Assembly: GCF_036971445.1 (NCBI RefSeq)
Contig: NC_091470.1
Location: forward strand, 189,782,001 to 189,846,000
Source of the DNA: Narcine bancroftii
Lineage: Eukaryota
Length of the DNA: 64,000 nucleotides
Direction: 5' to 3'
The position numbers and the translations under genes were made by a program. This document shows positions 12,640 through 25,204 of the stretch, piece after piece. The notes beneath the pieces were generated by a model. That model was not told the DNA's origin and ran no database searches. It saw nothing but the letters and a program-made list of their open reading frames with translations. How positions within the stretch are numbered: the first letter of the stretch is position 1; each line of letters begins with the position of its first letter.

Positions 12640-13140
12640 CCACCCCCCACCCCCGGCTCCAGACAGACCGAGAGCAATGGGTGGGGTCGCGATGCCTTTT
12701 GCCTAAGAGCTCGCCGCGCTGAGAGAGAGCAGCTCACCGGCCCCGTGTGCGGGCTCGTCTTCAGGGAGCCGCTGTCCCTGGCCGGCGGCCACACATCGTG
12801 CAGGGAGTGCGTGAGCGGGCTGCGGACGGACCAGAGCTCGACCGGCTGCAGCCCAGCGGAGGTGGCCGCCAGGATGGCGAGCACCCTGCGGGAGATCCCG
12901 GAGCTCGGCGAGGGCCAGCAACCGGGCGAGTGCGAGCAGCACAACCTGCCCTACACCGCCTTCTGCCTGGATGACATGAGGCTGGTCTGCGACAAGAGCG
13001 CCAGGGAGTGTCCGACGATCCCGGTGAAGGAGGCGGCCGAGCGATTCAAGGTGCCTGACACCCGCGGGTGGATCTCGGAACCGGGTCTTGGTGGTGCAAC
13101 CTTGTTCAAGTCAGTGGCTGATTAACCCGGACCGCTGGGC
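12640..13140. promoter_or_regulatory. CpG-island-like region over TRIM exon 1
   Basis: Visibly high GC and CpG density relative to the CpG-poor flanks. Confidence 0.55.
12663..13050 (+). CDS. TRIM gene exon 1: degenerate RING plus degenerate B-box; first usable in-frame ATG at 12874
   Basis: Frame of ORF 12622-13125 reads EQLTGPVCGLVFREPLSLAGGHTSCRECV (RING-like) and CEQHNLPYTAFCLDDMRLVC...IPVKEAAERFK (B-box2 end typical of TRIM exon 1). Upstream CTGAC + pyrimidine tract + AG at 12661-62. Donor AAG|GTGCCT at 13051 (phase 0, weak consensus). CpG-rich. Confidence 0.8.
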
Positions 13141-13304
13141 TGAGCTTTAGAAAGGCTTCCCCCGACCTCACCCCCCCCCCCCCCCCACACTCCGTTCAAT
13201 AGAATAAAGTGAATAACGTATTAGGGGGTCTCCAAAGTGGTCCATATGGATCGGTAGGGTGGTGGGGGGGACGAGATGGGAAAATCCAAGTGGTTGAAAG
13301 AATC

Positions 13305-13670
13305 GTTGAGCCCGAGGTCCCAGCCCCACCGTGAGCCCGAAGTCCCAGCCCCACCGGGTGTGCCCGAGGTGCCAGCCCCACCGGGTGTGCCCGAGGTCCC
13401 AGCCCCACCGGGTGTGCCCGAGGTGCCAGCCCCACCGGGTGTGCCCGAGGTCCCAGCCCCACCGGGTGTGCCCGAGGTGCCAGCCCCACCGGGTGTGCCC
13501 GAGGTGCCAGCCCCACCGGGTGTGCCCGAGGTCCCAGCCCCACCGGGTGTGCCCGAGGTCCCAGCCCCACCGGGTGTGCCCGAGGTCCCAGCCCCACCGG
13601 GTGTGCCCGAGGTCCCAGCCCCACCGGGTGTGTCCGAGGTCCCAGGCCCACCGGTTGTGCCCGAGGTCCT
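13305..13670. repeat. 27-bp GC-rich minisatellite, ~13 copies
   Basis: Unit CCCGAGGT(C/G)CCAGCCCCACCGGGTGTG; PEVPAPPGV periodicity in the ORF track. Confidence 0.95.
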
Positions 13671-13924
13671 AACTCTTCCACCCTGGAAGCCTGAGGTCCC
13701 CCCTCTCCCGCTCAGGAGCCCGAGGTCCCCCCTCTCCCGCTCAGGAGCCCAAGGTCCCCGCTTCTGCCTGGGAGCCTGGACGTTCCTGCTCCTGCCGTTT
13801 AACACCCCCTCCCCCCACCTTTCAGGCCTCTAGGCTTAAACCCACTCCGCCTAATGGTGAATATGTCGCAGGTCCAAGCCCAACGCACAGAACATAGTGA
13901 AACACCAAAGTCTGCAGATGCTGT

Positions 13925-14790
13925 AATGGAGCTCATCTTCCGTCTGGGCACCTTCCAACCGGATGGCATTAACATCAACCTCCCATTTCTATTACCTCAC
14001 CCCCATCTTCTTCCCCTTGTATCCTCCCCCCCTCTTCCCTTTTCCTTCTGTCTCCTTTCACAGAGCCAACATTAATTCTCACCTATCATCAAATCCCAGT
14101 TCATTGGTCTGGATTTCTTCCTCTCCCCCTCTGTCTTTATTGACTTTTTGCTTATACCTTGAAGAAGGGCTCAGGCCCGAAATGCTGGTAATATATTTTA
14201 AAGATGTTGCGAGATGGGCTAACTTCCTCTAGCATTTGCTGATGTCTTTCCGACAATCACAGTTTCTCACTCCTGAGGATCCGATCTTGGCCAAGCCTGA
14301 ACGCTCCCTCACCTCCGTTCTACATGTTGGAGGAACTCGGCCTGTCTGGCAGCATCTATATATCACCCTTCTTCAAGGAATAAGCAAAAATCAGGCAGGC
14401 ATATCAATAAAACCTGGGGAAGAGTAAGGAGGAAGAATGGGTGAGGGGTGAGGAAACCAGACAAAAGGTGTTAATTGAATATGATAAGAGGAAAGGTGGG
14501 AATTGATTTTGGTTCTGTTAAAGGAAACGAAGGGAAAAGGGAAGCGAAAGAGAGAGAAATAGAGGAAAGGAGACAGAGATGAAAATTTGGTGGGGGGGTG
14601 GGCAGAGGAGGGGAGATGGGTGTTTATCAGAAACCAGAGAAGTCGACGTTAATGCCGTCCGGTTGGAGGGAACCTAGACAGAAGTTGTTCCTCCAATTTG
14701 TGGATGGTCTCAGTCTGGCAGGTCTCCAGACTGAGGACAGGCATGTCGGCCAGTGAATGGGATGGGAAATTGAAATGAGTGGAATTTTAT
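13925..14790. mobile_element. Two Penelope-like (GIY-YIG tail) fragments in opposite orientation
   Basis: LIFRLGTFQPDGININ on + (13930-14260); reverse copy at 14360-14790; GAAGAAGGGCTCAGGCCCGAAA terminal motif. Confidence 0.7.
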
Positions 14791-15718
14791 TTCAACACAC
14801 AATTGTGCAGCAGGTTTCGACTTGACCCTACCAAACGTTGTTTCCTCCGACCCATGCCAATCACATTTGTGTATGGCACTCGACCCCAGCATCTGCAGAC
14901 TTCCTTGTCAAACTACTGCCCAAACCCACCCACGATGCTTTTGCAGCCACCTTGTATTTGCCCATTTAGTGCCCATATTCTGCTTTGTGGAGTAGCAAAC
15001 ACCAGAGGGGACATCTGTTAAAGGTGAGGGGAGGAACGTTCAGGGGAGACATAACAGAGAGAGTGGTGGGTATCTGGAATTCATTGCCATGGTTGGTGCT
15101 GGAGGCTGGAACAATAGGGACATTCAAAACTCTCAGTTTGGAAGATGTATGGAAGGGAACTCGAGTGTGAGGGAGAGAAGATGAGTTTGTTGTGGAGTAA
15201 GTCAGCAGAACATTGGCCTACACTGGGCTGTCGTGTTCTATTCCAGTACACCTTTTCCATCTCAATGCATGTAAATGTTCCAGATGGCCACCACCCTCTG
15301 GCTGAGAAAAACTTGGCACTCTGGTGGCCTTTTAATGTTTCTCCTCTCACTTTAAACCTACGCCTTCCAGTTTTAGACTCTCCTGCTCTGGGTAAAATTT
15401 AAAAAAAGGTTCTGATCATTTCTCTGTGTCTCATAATTATATGTACTCCTATCGTGTCCCCTCGAACTCCTCTGACACAAAGAAAACAATCACAGACAAC
15501 ATCCTGGTGAGTCTCCATTCATACCCGTGAGGTTCTTTCAGTGGGATGGCAACAAGAATTGCATATAATCCTCTGAACATTGGACATTTTGTAACACCAG
15601 AATACTGCAGGAAATGTCTGTTCGTAAATAATTAGTGTGGCCCATCAATTCTGAAACAAAATTGGGAAATGGGACTAATTTAATTATTGGATGGCCTGAT
15701 GGGATGAATCAGTTCCAT

Positions 15719-15851
15719 NNNNNNNNNNNNNNNNNNNNNNNNNNNNNNNNNNNNNNNNNNNNNNNNNNNNNNNNNNNNNNNNNNNNNNNNNNNNNNNNNN
15801 NNNNNNNNNNNNNNNNNNNNNNNNNNNNNNNNNNNNNNNNNNNNNNNNNNN
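15719..15851. other. Assembly gap (N run)
   Basis: Run of N bases. Confidence 1.
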
Positions 15852-16279
15852 AATATAATGTTTTCGTATGCATATGAGTATGTATACATGTGTGTGTATA
15901 TTTATCTGTACACACTTGTGCACACGTGTGTGTGTGGGGCCGCTTCAGCCAGACCCAAGGTGGAATTTATTCTGGCGAACATGGGGAGCAGGGCTGTACA
16001 GGAGTACAAGGGCCCCCAGTCTTTAGGTGCCAACATCAGTGTTTGCCAGGGATTGGAAGAGGGAACTGTATTTATACAGGTGTCAGGAAAGAGAGAGAGA
16101 ACGAGTGCTGCATTATTGTGGAGTTTAGGCGAAACACCAGGATTAGTTGGAGATTCCAACATGGGTAAACATTTATTGGACCTGCTTTAAATTGTTTGGT
16201 AATTCCACAAATAGTGGCTTGAGCAACAAGCAAATATTACTCCATTAATCTGGAAATAGCAGCAGTTCAGCATTAGAAA

Positions 16280-16690
16280 GAGAATTAGAATTTATTGCCA
16301 TGAACGAGCCATGAAATTCATTGTTTTGTGGCAGCATCACAGGGAAAACATTCATATAAATATAAACAATGAATAAAAATAGTGCGGGAAAAGTCGAAGT
16401 CAGGTAGTGTCCTTGGTTCATTGATTATTCAGGAATCTGATGACAGGGGGGAAGAAGCTATCCTTGTGCCACTGAATGAAGAGGACATGGCCTAGGTGGT
16501 GGTGGTCTTTGAGGATAGATGCTGCTTTAAGACACTGCCTCATGTAGATGTTCTTGATGGAGTGAAGTCTGGTGCCTGTGATGTCATAGGTCAAGATAAC
16601 AACCCTCTGGAGTTTTTCTTGCCCTGAACATTGAAACCTCAGTACCAGAGGGTGAAGCAACCAGCCAAAATGCTGTTTTCCTGCGGGTGA
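16280..16690 (-). mobile_element. Rex1/Babar-type LINE 3' fragment
   Basis: LQRVV...ITGTRLHSI..IYMRQCLKAASILKD.HH.GH.LF...SFFP..IR. Confidence 0.75.
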
Positions 16691-16964
16691 GATAGAATTA
16701 CCACTTATCAGTGGTGTAAAGAAACTGCACAATGTACACATGTAAACAAATAAAGGATTGTAAACAGATAACGAATTTAAACAAACTACAATACAGAGAG
16801 AATTTTTTTAAAAAATCAATGAAGTACACAATGAAGAGTCCTTAAATGAGTCCCTGGATGAGTTTGTTGTTGAAGGGTCTGATATTGGAGCAGTAGCAGC
16901 CAAGTTTAATGGCTACAGCACAGAAACAGGGGTTTTGGTCCTTCTAGTCTGTGCCAAACGATTA

Positions 16965-17553
16965 CAGGTTTTCCCCGCTACCCGAAAGTAGAGTGTTCCT
17001 ATGAAACCTTTCATCAGCCGAAATGGTGTCAAGAGAAGGAACAATTACCATTAATTGGGAAAATTAATTGTCATTAATGGGAAAATTTTTGAGTGTTTCC
17101 CAGACCCAAATAAATAACCTACCAAATAACGCATAAAGTTCAACGCACACACAATGGCTTTATTTCGTTCACTGCGATCGAAACACTTAATTGCGTCCAA
17201 TTTTATGCTAAGCTCTCTTCGGCTTTTCTGATACCTTGGGACGCATCTTGCTAACAGATGCACAAAATAAACTGAGGGAAAGCACAGAGCTTACAGGCTC
17301 CATTCAAAGGGATGGTGGCTTGTAGCTAAGTGTCGTTCCCGGGGAAGGAGCTCGGCAGCACTCTTGCTGCTCGGGGTGGACGCTGCCTCGATAAGGACTC
17401 GCTGCAAAACAAATGCTGAACACTATTTTTTCTTTTTGCCTTTGTTCGTAAAAGCAAAAAATTCTTTTCGGATTTCTCTCGGTTGGTGAAAGCAGGTACT
17501 AACATAGAAGCGAAGTGGCGTAAAACGAACTTTCGAAAAGCGGGGAATACCTG
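16965..17553. mobile_element. Tigger/pogo-like MITE
   Basis: TA|CAGGTTTTCCCCGCT...AGCGGGGAATACCTG|TA. Confidence 0.8.
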
Positions 17554-18599
17554 TATTCCTGAATATGCCTGGGATTGTCTCATCTCAGAAGCTAAAGAGG
17601 CTCAGGCCTGGTCAATACTTGGAGGGGAGACCTTCTGGGAACACCAGATGCCGTCGGTTTCTGTGAGGGGCGATGGATCAAGGGGAGACACTCTGTCTGC
17701 CTTGCTGTAGACAAAAGTTAAAGAATTTCATGTATATAACATTCTAAATGTAGTATTACGTGGCATTAATGGAACCTTTATCTTTATTCTGTCTAGTACC
17801 ACTGTAAAGTTACAATCACCTGTAACCTACTCCATTGCCATCTGCAGTCACAACTCACAAGTTTGGGGAATCTCACAATGAACATTAACAACGCTCAAAT
17901 AACCTCTTTTTCACTGGCCTCCTGTCCCAGGAATTAACAGGGAATTTACTGGGACATGGTCCAGTGGAAAAGGAACACTTCCCGAATGCCAGCGTCAACT
18001 GACATCATTTCATGCTGGGGATTGATGGCCTCTACCCCTACTTGGCTTTTGCTGACGCCAGCGTGCTGATAAAACCAGTGTAAAAGGGACAGTAGAAAGT
18101 CACCCATTTCCAGCTGAAGGTCGAACACTCCGATCCCCGGGGATGAGTTGTGTTCAGTGGAAAAGCAATTAGTGTCCCAGTTAAGGGGGGCCCAGTGGAA
18201 ACGGCACAAAAGGGCTTCCTATCCCAGGCAACTGCACGACCCATTAACTTGGATGCCAGTGGAAAAGGGGCTCATGTTTCACTGTATCATGGCCTGCACA
18301 ATTTGATAGTTTTAAAAAAAGAATCATTGTTATCCAAGGATAAAATAATCAGTTTGAATGTTACAAAACAAACTCGGAATTACCCGGAAATTGAACAGCC
18401 CATCAGTTACATTTTAAAATGTTTCACCATGTGAGATTAACAATATGGCTAAATTTCTTCAGATGACTGTGGTTTCAGCTGGATAACTATTCGGATAGCA
18501 TTGCTGGAACACTGATAATCTGGCACCCTCAGAACGTTGTGGGAAGCAGACTAGCGGATGTTGTGGACACCTCTTTTGAATGAGAATTAGGTTTTATTG

Positions 18600-18960
18600 T
18601 TAGGAATAGGCTCCTGTACCTTTTTCCCCGATGGTAGCAGAGTGAAGAGGGCCTGGTCTGGGTGGGTGGTGGGGGGTCTTTGAGGAGGGAGGCTGCTGTT
18701 TTAAGACCCTGTCTCATGTAGACGTCCTCGATGGAGTGAAGTCTGGTGCCTGTGATGTTGCAGGTTGAGATAATGACCCTCTGGAATTTATTCTTGTCCT
18801 GAGAGTTGGTGTCTCCACACCAGGCAGTGATGCAACCGGCCAGGATGCTCTCCACAGTCCACCTGTAGAAGTTTATGACAGTCTTCGGTGACGTATTGAA
18901 CCTCCTCAGACACCTCACAAAGTATAGCCACTGACGAGTCTTCTTTATGATCGCATCCTG
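18600..18960 (-). mobile_element. Rex1/Babar-type LINE fragment
   Basis: LRRF...NFYRWTVESILAGCITAWCG. Confidence 0.8.
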
Positions 18961-18999
18961 TTAATTCCTGTTTTCTTGAAATGCTGCTTAGAACAATAC

Positions 19000-19440
19000 C
19001 ATAGAGCTATAGAATGTGACAGCACAGAAAATAAGCCCTTCCGCCCCTCTAGTCTGTGCCTAGTCCCACTGACCTGCATCCATACACTCTTGCATCCAGA
19101 TACCTGTCCAATTTTTTTCTTGTGTTATAATTGAGCCTTCATTCATGATGTCAGCTGGCAGCTCGTTCTGTACTCCCACCATTCTCCGTGTGAAGAAATT
19201 CCCCCTCATGTTCCCCCTGAACATCTCCCCTTTCATCCTAAACCCATGTCCTCTGGTTTGCATCTCCCCCCACCTCAGTGGAAAAAGCCGATCTACATTG
19301 ACTCTGTCCGTCCCCCTCATAAACTTGTTTCTTCTCTCAAATGTCTCCTCAATCTTCCATGCTCCAGGGAATAAAATCCAAACCTGTTTAACCTTTCCCT
19401 GTAACTCAGTTCCTCAAGTCCCGGCAACATCCTTGCAAAT
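19000..19440 (-). mobile_element. CR1 3' fragment
   Basis: MRGTDRVNVDRLFPL...TRGHGF...RGNFFTRRMVG. Confidence 0.8.
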
Positions 19441-19880
19441 ATATACATTTTCGAGAGATTCACAAGTTTTATTTCAAAAGTAACTGGGAGTGCAGGTTAA
19501 TGGGGTGTAAGTTGGGTGGCTGGGCTCGTAGGGCCGATTTGGCTTGTAACCGTGCTGTAGGTGTAAATTTAAATCTAAAACCAACGCAGGTAAGTTTTAA
19601 AGAGAGCATGAGGATAGAATTAAGTTTAGAAGGCCATGGTCCAAATGCAGGCAGGTGGGACCAGTATGAGAGGGACACTTTGGTTGGTGTGGGAAAATTG
19701 GGCGAAGGGCCTGTTTCCACGCTGTTGGACTCTCATGCACTGGCCGCGCCTCTCAGTGTAGGAAAACCTGCCTCTCAGATTCTCCTTCAACCTTTCCCTC
19801 GCACTTGAAATCAATACCTGTTTTGGACAAACGTACTGTTGGAAAGGTTCCCCAATCACTTCCCCTGAACAGAGAATAAT

Positions 19881-20090
19881 CCTGAACAGTGACGAGTTTG
19901 CTTCCTAAACTCTAGTGGCTGGATTTTGACCAGTTAATCATGAAAAATCACCTTAACCTTTTCCTATCACGTTCCAGGTGTTTTTGGATATAACCTATTT
20001 TTGTGATTTCCTGTCATATTTTAAGTCTACTTCATGAGGTTCAACATGTCATTGAAAATTCATTTCCTGGTTTTGCACTTGGATGTCATT
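19881..20090 (+). mobile_element. Chapaev3-type fragment
   Basis: MRFNMSLKIHFLVLHLDV and the same subterminal sequence in the opposite orientation. Confidence 0.7.
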
Positions 20091-20450
20091 CTTTGCCTGG
20101 TGCTGCCGGCTCTGATTCTCCTGTATTTCTTTCACGACGGGAGCAGCTGGAAGATGTTGCGTGCGGGGTGGAAGGGGTCCTCATCGAATTTTGCACGCTC
20201 TCTTCAGACAATGATCCCGGTAGATCTCGTCGATGGTCGGGGGATGGAGACCCCGGTGATCCTCTCTGCCGCTCTTATGGTCCTGAGGATTGACCTCCGA
20301 TCCATTTGTCTGCAGCAACCATACCGCACTGTGATGTGGCCGGCCAGGACGCTCTCGATGCAGCACCTGCAGGAGGTTGGCGTGACGGTGGCTGGTAGCC
20401 TTGCCCGCTTCACGATTCTCAGGAAGTACAGTCGCTGTTGCAACTTCCTA
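20090..20450 (-). mobile_element. Rex1/Babar-type LINE fragment
   Basis: QQRLYFLR...CCIESVLAGHITVRYG. Confidence 0.75.
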
Positions 20451-20789
20451 CCCTGTCACCTGTATCCAACTGTTGACCTGTGCTCCTCTCCCTCCCACCC
20501 TCCCCCCCCCCCCCCCGCCTTTCTATTTAGGCATCTGCCTGTTTCTTGTTAGTTGTTCCTGGCTCAGGCTCGAAATTTTGGTGACCCTTCACTCCCCTCA
20601 GGTGCTGTGTGACCTGCTGAGTTTCTCCATTGCACCTGACCCCGGTGAATGCAGGAGTTCCAGTTAAACTCCATTGTTCTCTTTTCTGTGTTGAAATAGC
20701 ATCTCCAAGGGCACTCATTGACTTTGAGATGTCTGAGCATTCCGTAGACTAATTCCCGGGATGTGAGTGTGGTCTCATCACAAATGGGT

Positions 20790-21640
20790 TATGAAATTAG
20801 ATTTACTATGTTCTGTGCCCCCGTTGTGGCCTCCTCTACATCGGAGAGACTGGTTGCTGAGTGGGAGATACTTCGCTGAGCACCTTCGCTCCATCTGCAT
20901 CAGTGACAGGGATCTCCCAGTGGCCAACCCTTTGGTTCTGCGTCCCACTCCCACACTCACGTCTGTCTGTGGCCTTGTGCACTATCCCACCCAGACCACA
21001 CGTAAGTTGAAGGAAGACTAATTTTCCGTCTGTTCACCCTCCAGCCAGACGGCATTAACGTCAACTTCTCTGGTTTCTGCTAGCCTGCTCTCCATTCTCC
21101 CTCCTTTCCCTTCCCCCTCCCCTCCAGCTCTCCACCCCCTTCCCTCTCTATTCTCAGAGTCAACCTACCTCCCCCTCTTGGCTGCTGTGGCATCCCTCCC
21201 TTATCCACCTATTACCTCCTGCCTGTGGCTCCACGCTCCTCCCCCTGCCTCTCCCCCCACCATCTTGTTTGGACGACTGCCGACATTTTGTCAAGCTCAA
21301 AGAAAGCCCAGCAGTGCCTCTACTTCCTGAGAAGGCTGAGAAAAGTCCATCTCCCAATCCACTCCCCTCCCTATACTCACTACATTCTACTGAGGATGTA
21401 CCGAGAGCTTCCAGTGCAACAGCGTCACCACCTGGTTTGAAACCTGCACCACCTCGGGCCACAAGACCCTACAGAAGATGGTGAAGTCAGCGGGAAAGAT
21501 CATCGGGGACCTCTCTTTCTACCTTGAAGGAACATCAACGCTCGATGCAGGGGAAAAGCAATGAACATTGTGAAGGACTCTACCCCCCCCCCACCCCTCC
21601 ACATAAACTGTTCTCCCTTCTGGCATCTGGTAGGACTTGT
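20790..21640 (+). mobile_element. Penelope fragment followed by a Rex1-type fragment
   Basis: FAEHLRSIC..DRDLPVAN (GIY-YIG tail); KKAQQCLYFLRRLRK. Confidence 0.7.
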
Positions 21641-22254
21641 GTCCAGAGGGGCAATGGCTTTTACTCCCTGACTTGACCTGCTGAGTTTGTCTTGCATTGT
21701 GTTCTCACTTCAACCTTGGTGTCTGCAGATTTCGGCATTTTACTTCCTTGAGAACATAAATTTCTGACCTCGCATTTTTCTCTCATCTTTAGTCTCTCCA
21801 GCGCCTGGATCGGAAACGTCAGCCACCCCTTTCCCTCCACAGATGCCGGCTGACCTGCTGCGTTTCTCCAGCACGGTGTTTTTGTCTTATTGAGAACATT
21901 TTGGAGCTCAGTGGAAATCCTGTGGAGATGTGCACGGTCCTAAAAGGGGAATGAAAGGGTTGATGTCACAATGTTTTCCTAAGTGGGAGAGCTTTGAACA
22001 AGGAGATAGAACTGGGATGTGACTGAAAGATTAGGGGATGGTCAAAAATGAGGATGTGTTCGAAATGACATGTCACGGAGGGTGGTCAATCTCAGGAATT
22101 CTCTCACCCAGAATGCACCGAAAGTATTTCAAGAGGAGGGAGATGCCTTTTTGGGACATTGGGGTGTTTGCAGGGTCTCGGACACTGGCCTAGATAAGGT
22201 TCAACTCTATTATCATCAGACCGTTTATATTTACAACCAGTTTCTCTGGACCAC

Positions 22255-22945
22255 TGTGCATGTACATGCACACGCCCGTGTACACCCACACACACGCATG
22301 CACACGCAAGCACGTGCATATACAAGGGCAAAAGCACACACGTGCACACATGCTCACACCCGCACATGTGCACACACAATCACACATGCACAACACACAT
22401 ACAAACACACTCACAAGTGCACACACACAAACACATCAGACACATACCCACACAAACACAAACAAGCACAAATGTGCCTACAAAAAACACACACACAAAC
22501 GCACTCACAAACACATGGATAAGGACACGCACAAGCACATGCACAAACGCAGACACACACAACAAACACAAAGACACGAAAGCACAAAAGCACATGCGAA
22601 CACACACAAACACACCCACACACATGCACACACAAATCACACATGCACAATTGCACAAGTGAACGCACACACTCAAACATACACAAGCACATACACACAA
22701 GCAATTGCACTCACAAACACACATTCACAAACACACTCACAAACACAAATACACGCATACGTATGCATGCAAGGACACGCAGATGCACAACAGCACACAC
22801 AATCACAAGCACATACACACGCAGACATACACACAGGCTCACACAAACACAGACACACTCAAACATAGATACACAGACACACACACAAACACACAGACAT
22901 GCACACAAATGTGTGCACACACACGCATGCACATTACACAGCACA
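22255..22945. repeat. Cryptic (CA)n-rich low-complexity tract
   Basis: Degenerate CACA/CATA repeats; generates spurious H/T and C/V ORFs. Confidence 0.95.
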
Positions 22946-23535
22946 TAATAATCTCATATATATATAAAATCACCACTTAAAATAAATATATACTATTCAG
23001 TAAAATTTCAGTTATACGGCACATATGGGGGGGGGGGGGCTTGGTATACACTGAATAAGTGAATTTTCTGGTTGCTTGAGATTATATGTTGCATGATTGG
23101 TGAACTAATTGCAAGGGGACGCCAAATTTAAATACATTTTTATACCTATTTATTTTCCACGATTGTTCTTTTGTTTGAGGCTGACATTTGCTTGATTTCC
23201 TGATAATGGGGATATCTCTGCATATATATTTTGGAATGGTTTTCTCAGTATCAGGATACAGTTCATCAATCTCACAGCCTTCAGGAAGAAACCATTTCCC
23301 GGCCAAGCCGTCCTGATTTCGATGCTCCTGTACCTCCTTCCTGATGCTGTTCTCGATAATTCGTTGAGCCATGTTGAAGCAACGCTTCCCGTGAACATTA
23401 TCTGTAATGGAAAGGGAGACGACAGTGATCCGCAGTGATATTGAAAGCTGAAACAGGCTTGAGGGGCGATTGACCTCCTCCTGCTCTTAGTCATAACCTG
23501 AGATGATATATACGCTGCTAGTTCCTAACAGATAA

Positions 23536-25008
23536 CAGTGGACAATAAATATTTTCAAAAGATTTGTTTCCTGAAAAAAAAACATTGGGGATGATGATAG
23601 ACAACTGCAAGCTAATTTCAAATTTGCTGAATCATGGAGGAAATTGGAGACAAATTTAATTAACTTTTATTGAATTTAGCATTTTTAATCACATAGTGAT
23701 GTTGCGATAGTTGAACTGATCTCAAAATGATATGCCGCCAATTTTCATTTGTACTCAGCATCTGATACCTCTCATGTTAGTATCCAGTCGGCATTGATGG
23801 ATTCCAATTGCCCTGATACTGCTTTTCCATGGTCGCAATGTCCCGATGAAACCTTTCACCGTGTCCGTCACTGAGGACACCAAGATCAGTGGGGAAGACA
23901 TCCAAGTGAAAATGCAGAAAATGAATTTTCAGCGACATGATGCATTTCATGGTTGTGTATGCTTGAAATAGACTTAAAATATAACCCAAACAAAAGTGGG
24001 AACAAGATCTAAACATAAAGATAAAAAATGAAAATTGGGAAAAGCTATGCTCCAGAACTATGAGAAATACAATAAACACGAGGTTACTCATGATACAATA
24101 TAATTGGTTACAGAGGCTATACATCACACGCCAAAAGTTAAATAAATGGGACCCAACAGTATCAGATAGGTGTTTTCGCTGTAAGAAAGAAATGGAACAA
24201 CAGTACATGCAACTTGGGCATGTGAGAAAGTGGAAAAGTTTTGGGAAGATCTAAATCAGGTATTAAATAAAATCACAAAAAGCAACATACCAAAAAATCC
24301 AGAGATCTTTCTTCTAAGTAATACAAGAAGTAAAAAGTTAGGCCTCAAACTGGATGAAGTGCAAAAATGATTTATTATGATAGCCTTAGCTGTAGCAAAA
24401 AAATATATAATGTCAACCAGGAAGTCAGAAGAGAACCTGAGAGTACAGCAATGGTACATAGAAATGAATAAATGTATTCAATTGGAAAAAATAACATATA
24501 ATTTAGAAAATAATGTCACAGTATTCGAACAAATTTGGGAACTGTACATGGAACACAACAGAGAGGGCTTGCCTCGGACCTCCACCCCCTAAAATGATAA
24601 AATGAGAAGAAGACAAAATGACCTGATCCAGCGTGTAAAAGTAGATGACACAATTTTCTTGTTTATTTTCATTGTGTGATGACATTGTTTAATGGTTTTA
24701 TTGTATGGTATATGTTGAACATTTAATGGGTTTGGAAGGAGGGCGGTGGGAAGGAGCGAGGGAAGGTAGGAAGGAAAAAAGGGGAGAAAATGTTACTGTG
24801 TATATTCAAGAGGGAAATGATTGTGTGTATTTTGGTTAATATGGTTCATAGTGTGAAAATTTAAAAAAAAAATAGACTTAAAATATGACAGGAAATCACA
24901 AAAAAATAGGTTATATCTAAAAAATGGAAAATTTCAAGGTGATTTCCGAGATCAGCAGCTCAAAATCCATAAAATGCACCCAAAGTGTTCAGGAAGCAAA
25001 GTCTTTGT
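23536..25008 (-). mobile_element. Non-autonomous Chapaev3-type element, interrupted by an L1 3' fragment
   Basis: MSLKIHFLHFHLDVFPTDLGVLSDGHGERFHRDIATMEKQYQGNWNPSM; same termini as other copies. Confidence 0.8.
23983..24869 (+). mobile_element. 5'-truncated L1 with 17-bp TSD
   Basis: TSD AAATAGACTTAAAATAT at 23966-82 and 24870-86; IQYNWLQRLYIT...CFRCKK; LEKITY. Confidence 0.92.
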
Positions 25009-25114
25009 AATGGGCTTGATTTGAATCCCCATCAAAGTCTGAATTTCCCTGTCCACTTATCCTCAGGTCCAAATTCCATCTGCCCGCGCATGAGCGATTA
25101 TTATTTTTTAACAG

Positions 25115-25204
25115 GCAAAACTTCAACAAACCTTGGAATACCTGGAGAAGCAGGCAGCGGAAAACGTGGACCGCAACGAACAGACGAATCTCATCGACCT
25201 TAAG
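25115..25204 (+). CDS. TRIM gene exon 2 (coiled-coil, 90 bp, AKLQQTLEYLEKQAAENVDRNEQTNLIDLK)
   Basis: ttttttaacag| ... AAG|gtgagg, phase 0-0, open; size close to the usual ~96-bp TRIM exon. Confidence 0.8.

Noticed and set aside
13196-13833. Long ORFs in several frames (PEVPAPPGV, GTPGGAGTS repeats; titin/collagen-like look)
   Set aside because: Produced by a stop-free 27-bp minisatellite in TRIM intron 1; no evidence of coding function
22070-22980. His/Thr-rich and Cys/Val-rich ORFs
   Set aside because: Artefacts of (CA)n low-complexity DNA
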